In this document: positions 1-13,205 of the stretch, in pieces
How the letters are laid out: the number at the start of each line of letters is the position of its first letter
Position numbering within the stretch: the first letter of the stretch is position 1
Assembly: GCF_036321535.1 (NCBI RefSeq)
Contig: NC_087436.1
Coordinates: 34,784,001 to 34,848,000, forward strand
From: Camelus dromedarius
Lineage: Eukaryota
Length of the DNA stretch: 64,000 nt
Direction of reading: 5' to 3'
Notes under the pieces: generated by a model
Told to the model about the DNA's origin: nothing
Database searches by the model: none
The model's input: the letters and a program-made list of their open reading frames with translations, nothing else
Program-made: the position numbers and the translations under genes

Positions 1-235
1 GAGATAACAAACATGTTATTCTGCTGAAACATACATTCACAGGTACAGAGGCCATCCAAATGGGGGAAGATCTTTATTAACCTTGTGACCTCGGCCTGCA
101 ATGCCCACAGCTGCTCATTACTCATTCTCCAAGTCCAGCCTTACCATCCCTTTGAAAAGGCTTTCCCCAATCTCCCAATCTAAAGCAGGCCCCTTATGAT
201 CTTTCAGATAAATCTACGCTTTCCTTGTAGAGTAC

Positions 236-606
236 TGTCTCAGTTAGCTCAGGCTGCCATAACAAAACGCCACAGCCTAGAAGCTTCAACAACAGAAATG
301 TGTTTTCTCAGTCTTGGAGCCTGAAAGTCTGAACTCAGAGTGCTGGTATGATCTAGTTCTGGTGAGAACTCCATTCCTGGCTCACAGATGGCTTTCTCAC
401 GGTGTCCTCCCATGTATGACAGAGAAGAGATGTCCCATGTCTCTTTCTCTTCTTAGAAGGGCACCACTTCCATCAGATCAGGGCTCCACCCTTATGACCT
501 CATTTAACCTTGGTCACCTCCTCAAAAGCCCTATCTCCAGTATAGTCATGGGGGTTAGGGCTTCAATGTAAGTATTGGGGTAGGGGGCATAATTTAGTCC
601 AAAGCA
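236..606 (-). mobile_element. MaLR solo LTR, MLT1A-like, inserted into an L2 3' end
   Basis: TG...CA termini, typical MLT1A motifs (GCTGCCATAACAAA; CCTTATGACCTCATTTAACC), and a 5-bp TSD AGTAC/AGTAT (231-235, 607-611). Confidence 0.85.
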
Positions 607-750
607 AGTATCTACTACAATGTTTCACTACTTAGTAACTTTCTTACTTATTTAATGGCTTTGCCTCCCCCCAACTCAATTATAAGCTCTAAGGACCAGA
701 GATGCATTTGCCTTGGGCACCACTGAATGTCCAGCACTCAGTGTAGTACC
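607..750 (+). mobile_element. L2 3' end fragment (continues 5' of the MLT1A, ~130-235)
   Basis: CTCCCC...TATAAGCTC...CACCACTGAATGTCCAGCACTCAG resembles the L2 3' terminus. Confidence 0.65.
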
Positions 751-1914
751 AAGAAACTTGGGCCATGTGTCTTTCTCCAAACTCAACAATCTGATTAGTG
801 ATCCCAATTCACCTAGAGCAAAGAGAACAAGACAGTGGCAAGAGGCCAGGAGTGTCATAATGGAAGAAAGCCTTAAAAGTGGGAAATAATAATTCCACCA
901 CTAACACCTCATACAAATTTATGAGCATAAATCCTTTAAGCTAGTGTCATAATTCATAGAGTTTTGGTAAAGATGACCACAATCACTGCCCAACTTTGTA
1001 AAGTTCTTTGCAGTTAAAAATTTCTTTATACTGACTTCCTTATTTAATTCTAACAATAGACTATTGTCCTCATATTTTAGTTCAATAGGAAGAGTAAAAT
1101 TGAAGTAACAAATTTAGTTTATAAGATGTGGTAATACTGAGGATGAAATTCATGTCTGTTAAGCTCAGTACTTCCACCATTATGTCTGGATGTCTCAGAA
1201 TCTGACACACATATTCCCCTCGGCATAGGTGATGCAGGCTGTCTAGGATAAATTTGAGAAAAGTAACCTTGACTTTATTGGTGGAACTCAATAAGAGTTG
1301 ACTACAGAATTTCAAAATCAATTAGATTGAAATTTTAGAATAGAATGGAGAGAAATGGCCACTACAGTGTTTTGTTAAACCAGTACGGTGTATAACCAAT
1401 GCCACAAATCTCTCTCTTAAGATGCTGCTTAAGATATTTCTTTGTTCTGATGCTAAACAGTCCAAGAAAATTAAAGGGTTCATTTTTCTTGAGATATTAA
1501 CTTAATCAGTGTGGTTAATTTTCCATGTTCCACTTCATGAGAATCATTTTGAGATTTTTAAAACATGAGTTTTTGTCCTTTGAGCAAGGATAAATTTAAT
1601 CAGCTACTGTTTCTTTGTGTGTACCTCAGAACATCTCCCACATGAAAAAAGATTTAAGTTGGCCATTAATAAGGATAATATTATAAAATAATCCCCCAAA
1701 AGTACTTCTATGAGTTATCAATTGACATTATTTTGCACTCTATTGTTTTAAAAGTTTTAAATGGGGAAGATTCATGTTTGCATAGAGATATACAGAGAAT
1801 ATGTCTTGAAGCTACTGAAAAGAATCCTTTCCATCAACAGATGAATTTCAGAAATTTCTGTGTGAAGACGCAGATCATAACCACATTGCTTTTTTCTTTC
1901 AAGGTTTAACCAGA

Positions 1915-2070
1915 GTGTGTTGTACCAGGTGCTATGCTGAGTGCTGGACGTTCAGTGGTGCCCAAGGCAAACGGGTTCCTGACCCTGACAGCTTATCATT
2001 GAGTTGGGGAGGAAGCCATCGAACAAGTAAACAAGTTATGAAGTAGCGAAACATCGTGGTAGACACTTGC
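1915..2070 (-). mobile_element. L2 3' end fragment, inverted partner of 604-750
   Basis: GTACCAGGTGCTATGCTGAGTGCTGG...AGCTTATCATTGAGTTGGGGAGG matches the antisense L2 3' end. Confidence 0.65.
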
Positions 2071-2225
2071 CGGGGACTCACAGGTCAGCGCCTCCTTTCT
2101 CTCTCTCTGTGGTGAGCTCTGTAGAAACTAGGAGCTGTGTTTCCTCTGCTGTGTTCTCCCAGAGGCGAGCTCCACAGATGATGGAGGGAGCCTCCTCCCA
2201 GTTCAAGGCTGCTAGTGACAGGAGG

Positions 2226-2732
2226 CGTGGTAGCCAGCACCCAATAAGGCCACCCAATGACCCGAGCCTTCTCGTATTCTTGCCACTGGGTAGTCCCCTC
2301 CCACACTGAAACCAGCTGACTTATGAAACTAATAAGATAATGCAGAAATGACAAGGTGTGACTGCTAAGCCATAAAAGAAATTGCGTCTTCTCTCTTGCT
2401 CTGTCTTGGGTTACCCCCTTTAGGGGAAGCCGGCTGCCAATGTCATGAAAACATTTAAATAATTCGGAGAAACTGAGGCCTGCTGCCAACATCCAGCACC
2501 AATTTGTCAGCAATATGCTTGAGCTCTCTTGGAATAAGATCCTCTAACCCCAAGTAAGCTTTCAACTGTGACCTAAACCAACATCTTGACTGCAACTTCA
2601 TAGGAGACCCTGAGCCAGAAACATGCTGGCTGAATTCCGCATCTGTAGAAAATGTGACAGAATAAACATTTACTATTGTTCTAGCTGCTAAGTCTGGAGA
2701 TCATTTTTACACAGCAATAAGTAGTAAATATA
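2226..2732 (+). mobile_element. MaLR LTR, MLT1F-like
   Basis: GTGGTAGCCAG...CCCCTCCCACACTGAA...CATCTTGACTGCAACTTCATAGGAGACCCTGAGCCAGAA...GCTGCTAAGT...ACACAGCAATA. Confidence 0.8.
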
Positions 2733-3286
2733 AAAAATTAAGTGCTCTTTAATCTTGCATCTGTTAACAGACATAAACTATATTTTCCAACATCAGCTTG
2801 AAATATCAGAGTTGAAATTTTCCCTTCCGAATGCTGCCTGTTTTGTCTTTCTGTCATTACTTCAGAACTTGAGCAGGGAAGTTTGATTCCAGTTCTTGGG
2901 TCCTCTCAAACATCTTAATATTATTCATGGCATTTTATCATTGATTCATCTATGCAACAAGCATTCTATTGAACACCTCTTAAATTCCAAGCTCTGTGCA
3001 AAAGTTTTAAATGCCAAAAGAACTAGAACTTCCACTGAATTGGAAGTTTCCATAGTCCATGGAAAAAAAGGCAGAACTACTAAAAACTATGAATTACTAT
3101 CATAGAGAGACAAATTTCAATTAACTTGTCAGTGGGGTATAGGGGCAGAAAGAGAAGATTTCAGCAAGTGTAGAAATGGCTCAACATATTTAATCAGATG
3201 CACCTCCCATATAGAGACAGCGTAAGCAAGCAAGCCCAGCCCAGCCCCACGTGTCACCTTCCTGATGGTAACCCTTCTTGAAAAAC

Positions 3287-3488
3287 AAAGCACAGTGGCT
3301 GACGGCCCAGATCCTGGGGCCAGGCTGTCTCTGTTTCGGTCTTGTCGTTGCCTTTTGCAACTCGCGTGTTCTTGGGCTACTAATTTGAACTTTCTGTGCC
3401 TGTTCCCTCAACTGGCAAATGGGGTTATTTGAAGATCAAATGAGTTAATAAATGTTAAGTATTTAGAAGAGTGCCTAGCACTGTAGTA
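3287..3488 (+). mobile_element. MIR SINE
   Basis: Core and tail motifs: CTGTGCCTGTTCCCTCAACTGGCAAATGGGG...AAATGAGTTAATAAATG...TTAGAAGAGTGCCTAGCAC. Confidence 0.75.
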
Positions 3489-4219
3489 TTGTTTGATGTT
3501 ACGATCAGAATTTACAAAATCATTTAATTATGTTGGCAATGGTTACCCTCAACTTCTTCCAGCTCTGATTCACACGTATAAAAGTCAAGTCACTCATCAA
3601 TGTTATTTTCATCAGGTAGTTTGCCAAAAGGTATGTTAGCGATGTTATCTAACATGCCAAGAGTGTGAAGGGAAGAGTTTGTTCTTTCCACAGCAGGTGA
3701 ATTAGGACACAGGAATTTCTTGTGCCCAAGTTTTTTGAGAAGCCAATCAGAATTACCTTCTTAAAGTCATCCTATGAAGAAGAATTTATGATTTTTTCAC
3801 CTTTTTAGACTGTTTACAAAACTGGACAAAATTACAGATGAAATAAATTGATTATTTATCTTTTTCAAGAAAAAATAAATCATGCAATGCTTTTGTTGTA
3901 TTCTAATTGAAGTTGCTCACTCATACTTTCTTTTTGTAATTATTCTATATTTTACTGAATGTAAAGTACTAGATGTTTTTTATTGAATCAAACTTTTAAT
4001 TATTGAGTTATATATCTAATGGGCAAGAGAGACTGGCTTTCACGCTTTATATTAACTACAACATGGCATATTTTGCTCATTATAATTAAAAATAATAGAG
4101 GCTTTTAAAAATTTTTTTACTGATTCCTGAGAGTTTGAGATTTTTTGATGATGCAACATCTATTCTTTTGACTCTGCAACATGAAATCTAGCTCATCTAT
4201 CCCTAAATAATCAAGAATT

Positions 4220-5550
4220 GTGGAGTTACATCAGGAAGACAATGGAATTCCTATTTTCTATTCTCTTCCCCACGAAGAACACCAATTTTGACAATTATCC
4301 ATGGATGAGAATACCTCTTAGGAGTCCAGAAGTCCAGCTAAGAAGTTCTAGCATATCATTAGAGGGAGAAAAAAAAAATCTGAGGTTGGATCCATTAAAG
4401 AGGGAGGAGGAAGAGTGTCAATTTACCCCATCCTCCTCCTCAAGGAGACACAACTCAGTGCCAAGAAAGACCCTTGGCTCTCCATTTCTCCTGCAGGGGA
4501 GAGTGAGAGTGTGTGAGCATCTGGCTTCCCCAGTGTGTAGGATGCTGACAAAGAGGACCACTTCTTTCCTGCTCCATCCAGAATGCTGAGGTGATCCACA
4601 TGACTGAGGGGCAGAGGGAGGTTGGGCACACAACTTTAACACCACTACTCATGAGGCAAATGCAGAGCAAAGCCACAGTGAGACCTCACCTTATACCTGT
4701 TAGGATAGCTATGCTCAAAAAGACAAATGATAACAAGTGGTGAGTATGTGGAAAAAGGGAGCCCCTGTACACTGTTGGTGGGATTGTAAATTGGTCCAGT
4801 TACTATAGAAAATGGTACAGAGGTTCCTCAAGAAATTAAAAATAGAACTGCCATATGATCCATCAATTTCACTCTTGGGTATATATCCAAAGGAAACCAA
4901 ATCACTGTCTCTAAGAGGTATCTGCACTCCTATGTTTGCTGTAGCATTATTCATAATAGCCAAAGTATAGAAACAACTCAAGTATCTGCTGACAGATGAA
5001 TGGATAAGGAAAATGTGGTATATATATACAATGGAATATTATTCAGCCTTAAAAAAAGAAGAAAATCCTGCCATTTGAGACACATGGATGAACCTGGAAA
5101 ACATCTTGCTAAGTAAATAATTCAGAGAAAGACAAACACTATGATCTCACTTATATGTGGAATTTAAGAAAATTATCAAACACATAGAAACAAAGAGTAA
5201 AAGATGGTCACTAGGGCTTCAGAGTGGAGGAATTGAGGAGATGCTGGCCAAAGGGTACAAACTATAAGGTGAGTAACTTCTGGGGCTCTAATGTACAGCA
5301 CAGTGACTATAGCTAATAATACTGTACCGTGTACTTGAAATTTGCTAAGAGAGTAAATCTTCAGCTTTCTCACCACACACACACACACACACACACACAC
5401 GGTAACTAGGTAAGGTGATGGATGTGTTAATTAACCTTATTTTGGTAATCATTTCACAATAGATAGGTATATGAAATCATCTCGTACATTTTAACCATAT
5501 ACAGTTTTATTTGCCAATTAAAGCTCAATAAAACTAGGAGAAATATAAAA
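4220..5550 (+). mobile_element. L1 (L1MA9-like 3' end): 5' UTR-like segment (~4220-4633) joined to the ORF2 C-terminus and 3' UTR
   Basis: ORF2-end motifs (CTGTACACTGTTGGTGGGATTGTAAATTGG; CCATATGATCCATCAATTTCACTCTTGGGTATATATCCAAAGG) and a 3' UTR ending CTCAATAAAACTAGGA. It contains (CA)13 at 5374-5400. The 5' UTR call for the first part is less certain. Confidence 0.85.
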
Positions 5551-5843
5551 GAATAGAGTTGCAAAAAAATGTATTGCAGTTTAGGCACAAAAAAGTTGTA
5601 GAAACAAAAGAGAGTAGAGAGGGTCATGGAGAAAGTGATATCTTGTCTAGAGCTTAAGTAGTTGAGAGCTGGTTTACGGAAAGAACAGACAGAGAAAAGG
5701 CTGAGGATATTTTATAAAAATTAAAGAACAGCTTGAACAAAAAGAGAAATGAATTAAGAAGATGTCCAGGAAGAAGCAGACTACAGCCAATTTGGAAGGG
5801 CCACTAATAGCATTTTATATGGAATAGTCTTTATCTTATAAAC

Positions 5844-6065
5844 TAGGGATGATAAACTTTTGCCGGTAGACCGAATCTGACCTGCCTCCTACTTTTGTAA
5901 GGGAGGTCTCACTGGAAAACAGCTACGCTCATTCAGTTAAGTATTGCCCATGACAGCTTCCAGACTGTGTGAGCAGAGTGAGTAGTTGCAACAGAGATCA
6001 CGTAGGCTGCAAAACCTAACGTATTAGCTGCCTGGCTCGTCACAGAAAGCGTTCACTGACCCTTG
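5844..6065 (+). mobile_element. MER58A-like hAT-Charlie MITE
   Basis: GAGTAGTTGCAACAGAGA...GGCTGCAAAACCTAA matches MER58A. Degenerate TIRs and 8-bp flanks TTATAAAC/CTGTAGAC. Confidence 0.8.
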
Positions 6066-7019
6066 CTGTAGACCACAGCAGCAAAATGAAAAAGTTTGAA
6101 GAGTAATAAGATAAGATGTTTAATGAGGATTTTTCTGAATATTATTTTTTAGAAAGAGAATTCTTATAAATAGAAAAATGTATGTAGTGGCTTTGTATGT
6201 ATTATTTCATCTAAGAACTATACGAAGTAAATACTAATTTACAAGCCCATTGCTTTTTCTACTACATTGCAAGCACCTTAGTAAATATGTACGTTATCTG
6301 GGTGGAGGAGGTAGCACCTTATTCATTAGACGTATATGTATATATGTATTTTTTATTCTAATTTAGCAAAAATTAATGCACTGAAGATTTGAAAAAGATA
6401 AATCATTTTTTAGTGGAAAATGAACTGGGGAAATGACTGGGTAGAAGAGCTAAAATAAAAGGATTATTTTTGGAGAAGGGCAGCTTCCAGTGGAGTCCAG
6501 AAAGAAGCCAATAGTAGGTAAACAGGAAGAAGAATAAACTGAGAAAGAAGTTGCCAGTGAAAATAGGATGAGGGTCTTGAGAAAGAGGTAAGGTGTTGAA
6601 GAAGACAAACCACCCACATCACAATTTTTTTCTAAAGTTTATTCTGGATTTATTGGATACTTTGATGCTTGAAAGAGCTGCATGCAATAGCTGCAAAGTG
6701 TTAAAATTCATTAAAATTTCAAGAGCTGATGGCTGTTTTCAGTTACTACAGGGAACACTCTAGTTAGCTCCATTGTCATGAGGAGAAGGAAGCTGATGAA
6801 TCTTAAGAAACCTTTGGCAGGAAACTTGAGACGCATATTAGCTCAGCTCAACAAACCATGGTCATAAACAACTTCCTCAGGAACACCATCATGAATACTG
6901 AGATGAGTAAGCTCTTGAATTTAAAAAATTTTTTTTTATTTCATCCTATTTTTATTCTGATAATAATAAAATCTGACTGATTAAAAAAATAATAAATGAA
7001 TATGAACAAGAAAGAATTC

Positions 7020-7485
7020 CAGCATCCAGAAATACCACTGTTAACATTTCGGTATGCTTTTTTCCAAGTATTTTTCTATTTATTTTTTGTTCACAGAGAA
7101 AAAAATCATATCATACAATCAATTTTGTATCTTACTTTCTCCACTTAACCGTTTTGCAAATAAAGTCTCCAAGCTTTTATTTCAAACTCTTTAATACCAT
7201 TTGATAACACAATATTTTATTACCTCAATATACTGTGACCTCACCATTCCCCTACTCTGGACATTTAGTTTTCTTTCAATTTTTGGCAACTATAAATTAC
7301 ACAACTTACTGATGAACATATGACTGACTCTTTAATGACATTTAGAATTACTCCTTAAGATAGATTCCTGGAAGTAAGATTAAAAGATAAAAAGCTATGG
7401 ATATTTTTTAAACATTGTGACCCTTCACGCCAAAATGTTTTCCTAAAGAGCTGGGTCATCCTACATGATCTCCTCCAGCAGTGCA
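7020..7485 (-). mobile_element. Ancient L1ME-like fragment
   Basis: ACCACTGTTAACATTT; CCATTCCCCTA..GGACATTTAGTT; TAGATTCCTGGAAGT. Confidence 0.55.
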
Positions 7486-7804
7486 GGGGAGCTAAAAAGG
7501 CAGTATTTTGATGGGAGTGAAACCAAGTTCCAGGAAGGAAAGATAGAAATCAGTTTCACTGGCAGATTTTAGCCTAAAGGGAAAAGTCCAAAGAGGAGAG
7601 AGTGGAGTGCTCCCTCCCACAGAGAGAACAGCAGGTGATAGGAATGTAAGCCTATCGGGACTTTTCCCAGATCAATGGGGGAAGTCATCTGCTTTTGCCC
7701 TGCTCACCGACCTGGGGTTCTTGTATTTCCTAATGTTTCCACCACAGTTGAATCAAGAAAAAGAGAAAATCTGCATAGTTCTATATCCAATTTTTTTAAT
7801 GAAT

Positions 7805-7980
7805 TTTTAATTAAGAATTGTCCTATAATGAAAATTCCTGAACCAGATGGACTCACTGGCACTCTAGTAGGAGATGTTGACACTGGAGGAGGATCTGCAC
7901 GGTTAGGGAAAGGGGGTATGTGTGAAATCTCTCCACCTTCTTCTCAGATTTGCTGTGAACCTAAAACTGCTCTAGAAAAA
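7805..7980 (+). mobile_element. L1 fragments including an L1MC-like 3' end
   Basis: CCAGATGGACTCACTGG (ORF2-like), then GAAATCTCT...GCTGTGAACCTAAAACTGCTCT. Confidence 0.7.
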
Positions 7981-7999
7981 CCTTTCACCATTTGATATC

Positions 8000-8360
8000 A
8001 CCAAATGATATCACTTATATGTGGAATCTAAGAAAATGATACAAATGAACTTATTTACAAAATAGAAATGGATTCAGACACAGGAAACAAACTATGGTTA
8101 CCAAAGGGTAAAGGTGGGGAGGGAAAAATTAGGAGTTTGGGATTAACAGACACATACTAATATATATAAAGTAGATTAACCACAAGGACCTACTGTAAAG
8201 CATAGGGAACTATATTCAGTATCTTGTAATAGCCTATAATGGGAAGAAATCTGAAAAAGAATATATATATGTAACTGAATCACTTGCTGTACACCTGAAA
8301 TTAACACAACATTGTAAATTAACTATACTTCAATTAAAAAATGGTTCAAAAGAATAAAAA
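8000..8360 (+). mobile_element. 5'-truncated cetartiodactyl-type L1 3' end
   Basis: ATCACTTATATGTGGAATCTAA...CAAGGACCTACTGTA..GCATAGGGAACTATATTCA...GCTGTACACCTGAAA...ACTATACTTCAATT followed by an A-rich tail. Confidence 0.88.
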
Positions 8361-9664
8361 TTTAAAAGTGAAGCAAACTGAGAGAGACAGAGCAGAGGGA
8401 GGGAGAAGGGGAGAGAGCAAGAGGGAGCAGGCGAGAAAGAAGGCAAGTCACCAAGGACACTGCCAGGACTGATATGGGGCAGCTGGCTTTCAGCTCCAGG
8501 ACATTTTGTGTCCCATGAATGGGAGCTCAGTGTTGCTCATCATATAACTTTTCAGGACCAGTGGAAGAGCTAGGATTTTGTGTGAAATAGTCTACATCTT
8601 AAGGCTGGCCCAAGTAAACTTTTTTTAACCACTATGGGAAGCAAAATAAGAGCAAAGACAAAACCACAAACATTTAAGGATGTAATCTGCCAGCAGCACA
8701 TTTGTAGCCTTCAGGCTGTTTAGAAAGTTGTGGGGAGCACTTGACAGTTGGGAGTCTCGGAAGGACAGCATTTAGTTGGGACTGAGAGGGAGAGTCTTGA
8801 GAGCTGGTGTGAGGCTATCAGGGTAGCCCAGGTGAGGACGGATCATGTGGACTTGACCTTGGCTCCTGGAAGTGAGGGGAAAGAAGACAGTAGGTGGGGC
8901 CTAGTGCCCGCTGCAGAGGAAGGTGTAGTAAGACTGGGCCTTTCTCAGAGAACCAAGAGATAACCTTGTATTCTGTTTCTCCTCATCGAACGGCCCTGCC
9001 AGGATTTGGCCCTGTGTGTGACGCATCCTCAGTTGACCTTTCTTTGAGCTGATGGCATTGCTCTGCTATTGTTTATTTCCCAGTTCAACACTTCCTCCCT
9101 GCAGGTAAACCTGAATGCACTTCCAAGTGAAGGCTGTAATCTTTCAATTTGCCAAATAGGAACCCATCTTATTTTGATGTGGGTTTTTTCTCCTACATTT
9201 CAAGATCAAGGGTTTGCAACTATATTACTTGAGAGATAAATGAGTCATGGGAAAATGTCGTACTTTTGAAGAGAGTATTCTCCTTGCTTTATCTTCCTGT
9301 GCCCATCTCTCCTCTTTGAAGAAACTTTTGCTAATCACTACAGCACTCAATAATCCTTTACTTATTTCTTTTGTTATTCTAAAAATTTCTAGGGTATAGT
9401 TCTTTTTCAAAATGTGGAGATGTATTGTGTGTTCATACAATCACAAGATAGTATGCTTATTAAAATAACGTTATTTCCAAAAATTACAAAGCAGAGGTGT
9501 AAATATCCCCACTGCTATGTGTGTTTTAAATGATGTCTTCTATATAGTATCCCAAAGCCTGAATTTTCTCATTTAATATAAATACATGTGTATATATATT
9601 TCAATAAATATAAAATTGCATTGGCAAAAAGTCTTTTAAAAATAAATTAAAATAATAAAATAAT

Positions 9665-9875
9665 AAATCAGATTGTTTGCCTGAGGCAGGGGTATTTGCA
9701 TGGAGAGGGGCATGGGCTCGACAGAACTTTCCAAGTGATGGAAATGGTCTATATTTTCATTGTGATGGTGATTACATGGATATACATACATTTGTCAATG
9801 TGGCACCATTAATATTTGGGCATTTTATATTATGCAAATTATGCTTCATTCACGTTGATATTTTAAAAATAAAAA
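9665..9875 (+). mobile_element. L1MC/L1ME-like 3' end fragment
   Basis: GTGATGGAAATGGTCTATATTTT..TTGTGATGGTGATTACATGG..TACATTTGTCAA. Confidence 0.7.
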
Positions 9876-12800
9876 TGTAATTGCCAGTTCAAGAAAAAAA
9901 TGAATAACCTCTATGAGATATAAAAGGTAGTTTCTCTTAGAATGAATGCTGTAAAATAGACAGAAAATTTGAAAGTATAGGAACTGGTGAGAAAGCAGGA
10001 CATTTTATCCTGGAAGCAACCGTGTTTTCAATATTATAGCTCTCCTCGTGGAAATAGACAATGTTACTCAAAAATAAATAAGGACTGGGCCTTAGAAGAG
10101 AACCGTGTGAGTGAGGAGTGCTGAAACTCAAGATTCATCAGCTTCATCTTAAATCCCCCTGGTGTTTACGTTTCCTGTGACTTGAAATTAAAATTCCATT
10201 AAGTCATATTCTGTGATATCTAATGGAAGACACCAAGTTCAGGTTTTACTTAAAATGTGTCTCTGGCCCCATTTGTTGTACAATTAGAATGATTTCAAAT
10301 AATGGTTTTAAAGTTGAATTTTATTTGCAAGCAAAAATGGAGTTAAAGGAGGGAGAAAGGAAAAGTTTGCTCAATCACGTCGGCAGTGTCGTAGCCTCGG
10401 AATTAAAGCGAGAAATCAATGAGAACTGGTTTGTGGTTTTGTTTTTTTTTTCCTTTTCCAAACACATTGCATCATTCATTTAACCCCATTACTAATCCGA
10501 TTTAAAGTTTTTTCTTGATGTGCTGCACAAAGGACTTTGGGTTTCTCTGCTCTAATCTAGAGAATGAAAAGGTCTTCAACAACGACATCTGAAATATTTT
10601 CAATGAAGTTCTTAATATGGTCAGATAAATATAAGCACATTTTACACAACAAGATCATCGTATATTAAGACACTTCTCTGATGACAGGGAAATTGCCCAT
10701 AGTGAAGCAGGAGCTGGAGAAAAATAAGAGAACACAAACCACTGTGTTAGCCTCTCTGGCTTTTTCTCCACTCTGCGTTCAAGTCAACTAAAGCAGGGAG
10801 TTAAAAGAGGTCTCAATGGCATGTCTTTCATAAACAAGGAAAGTAGGCTGTTGGGAACCAGGAACTGAGCATTGATAAGCTTAAGATGTGAGCTGATGTT
10901 TTATAACACAGACCTTCAAAATAAAATGCCAAACTATACTGAATATTCAGTATACAACTTGCAACAAAGAATCATTGATTTTGCATCTGCATTTAGAACA
11001 GTTACTACTAATTTTTTAAAATACACTAAACAAATCATTCTCTTGGAGAAGTAGCTGGTAATTCACGTTGCAGTCGTTGGTAGTTCCCACCTACGTCATG
11101 GTAGTCTCCTGTAGTCTTTCTGGTTCCCCTAAACAAGCTAGATGACTGGAAAGTTCTTGTACTGGGTTGTCAAAATCAATACATTTGAACAGAGGTTGGC
11201 ACAGAACCGCAAAACAGAGTTTATTTAATTTCCCCTTTTGTTTCCAAAAACACCACTGTCCAAATGGACACATTTTACTGGGAAAATGAGAGATATAGTA
11301 TGGTGACCCTGGACACATTGTATGGCCTTCAGTTTTTAGTATATTGACAGCGACATGTTTAGCAGTTTAAATGTTATTCTTACTGTCAACATCCAGACCT
11401 TAAAGATATTAATTATAAAGCAAATAGTTTACAGCACTAGCTGATAAATACATCTGTCTGGCCTAGAATAGGAAGATAAGATTGTGGACATCAGAGCACC
11501 CTGGGAAGTGGCTTGGGCCAAGAGGAAGGAGAGTCCAAATGGAGCCACGTCATATCTTTGTCTCTCAGTGCCTGTGCTCAGTGTTCATGAAGGACGTCAC
11601 TTTAAATGTGTTTTTGAATGTTAGCTATGCTTATAGTGTGTGGACTATATTACACTTTTTTTTTTTTAGGAAACAGAAGAATGCTTATTGACTACATAGA
11701 AAAGAGAATTCAAATGAACAATAAAAAAATATTCAATTTTTATTTTCCTATTAAGAAAACAAAAGTCAGAAAACGTCCAAAGGAGTCAAGAAAGGGTAAC
11801 ATGGATTTAGCCACAGTGTTTTTAGAACATGGCTGTAACCGAAAGCAAACAGGACCTTGCGTACATTTCTTTATCCAGAGCCTTTCCTGCAGAGTAGCTT
11901 TCATTGTTTCATTTTCTAATCCTCTGATTTAATTAAATGCATCTGCCAAACTAGAGAGAACTTAAAAATTACAAATACAGGTAATGTTGAAAACTCCAGT
12001 TACTCAGCAAGCATATTTTACCATTTCCCCCACATTGGGGGCTTATGAAAAAACTAATGCGGGGGATTCATCTTCTAATGTCTTATTGAGACATCCTTTC
12101 TTCTTTTAATGCAATATAAACACACATTTCTTAAGAAAATATATAATAGTATATTCTTTTGGCAGGTACTCTGTGCAAAACTGTCATAACAAAGCTGAGC
12201 ATCGTATGATACAGGTCACTGGAACAGTTCTTACAATCTGTGCTTGTCATCTTCAGTCCATTACAATGACTAGACTGTCATTTTCCTGAGCCTACACAGT
12301 TCACTGACCCTAGTATCTCTTATTAGCTAAATGGGATTTTTTTTAAAAGATTGATAGTCCTTTAAGATTTCTTTTTTTTACTAATATAAATTAGCATAGC
12401 AATGTGCCCAAGAGGTCTCTGTTTTAACAGACTGGTCCTGATCCATAGTTTGCCACCATCTCCTGCAGGGGACAGTCGAGCAGGGTGGACAGTTTATGCA
12501 GTGAAAATTACAAACAAGTCATCATAGATCCAATAGTAAGTATCACCAAAGGCAACAAAAGACATTGCCTGGTTGTTCATGTCAAAATGATTCCCCAGAT
12601 AATATTAATTAAGAGAAATGAGGGACCAAATTCGATAAGCCATGTCCTTATGAAATAAATGAATGTAATTCTCTTTACCATAAACAGGAGACAGACAGAT
12701 TCTTTAAAATAGATCCTTTAATATGATTTCTTTCAAAACTAATTTATTTGTACATGTTTTAAAAGCAATATAAGCAACCTTATCAGTTAAACTCCCTGTA

Positions 12801-12994
12801 TGACATTATATTATCAATGGTTTTCATTGCAGGCATTTTTACTAGAATTACAAGGATGGAATCATACTTACATTTTTGCTTAATCCACTTCCAATCTAAT
12901 GTTTAATCTCTTCTGTAAAATCACTACCAGGTTGCTATGTACTTCTCTTGAACACCTTCCAATGTTGATCTAAAATAAAATTATACGTAGGCTA

Positions 12995-13205
12995 ATATAA
13001 CTGAGCAATAAAGTATATAGACTGGATTCAGACTATTTCGTTGCAAACCCACTATTACTTTGCATGACCATGGGAAGTTTTTTTTCATCTATGCCTCACT
13101 GGTAACAGTGGTAATAGGACTTACTTCAGAGAATTGTGATAATTAACTAAAATAATGTGCTTTTAGGATGCAGCACAGTTCTTTGCAATAAAAGCTCAAG
13201 AATTA
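12995..13205 (+). mobile_element. Degenerate MIR
   Basis: CTGGATTCAGAC...TGACCATGGGAAGTT...TGCCTCA...ACTTACTTCAGAGAATTGTGA. Confidence 0.55.
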
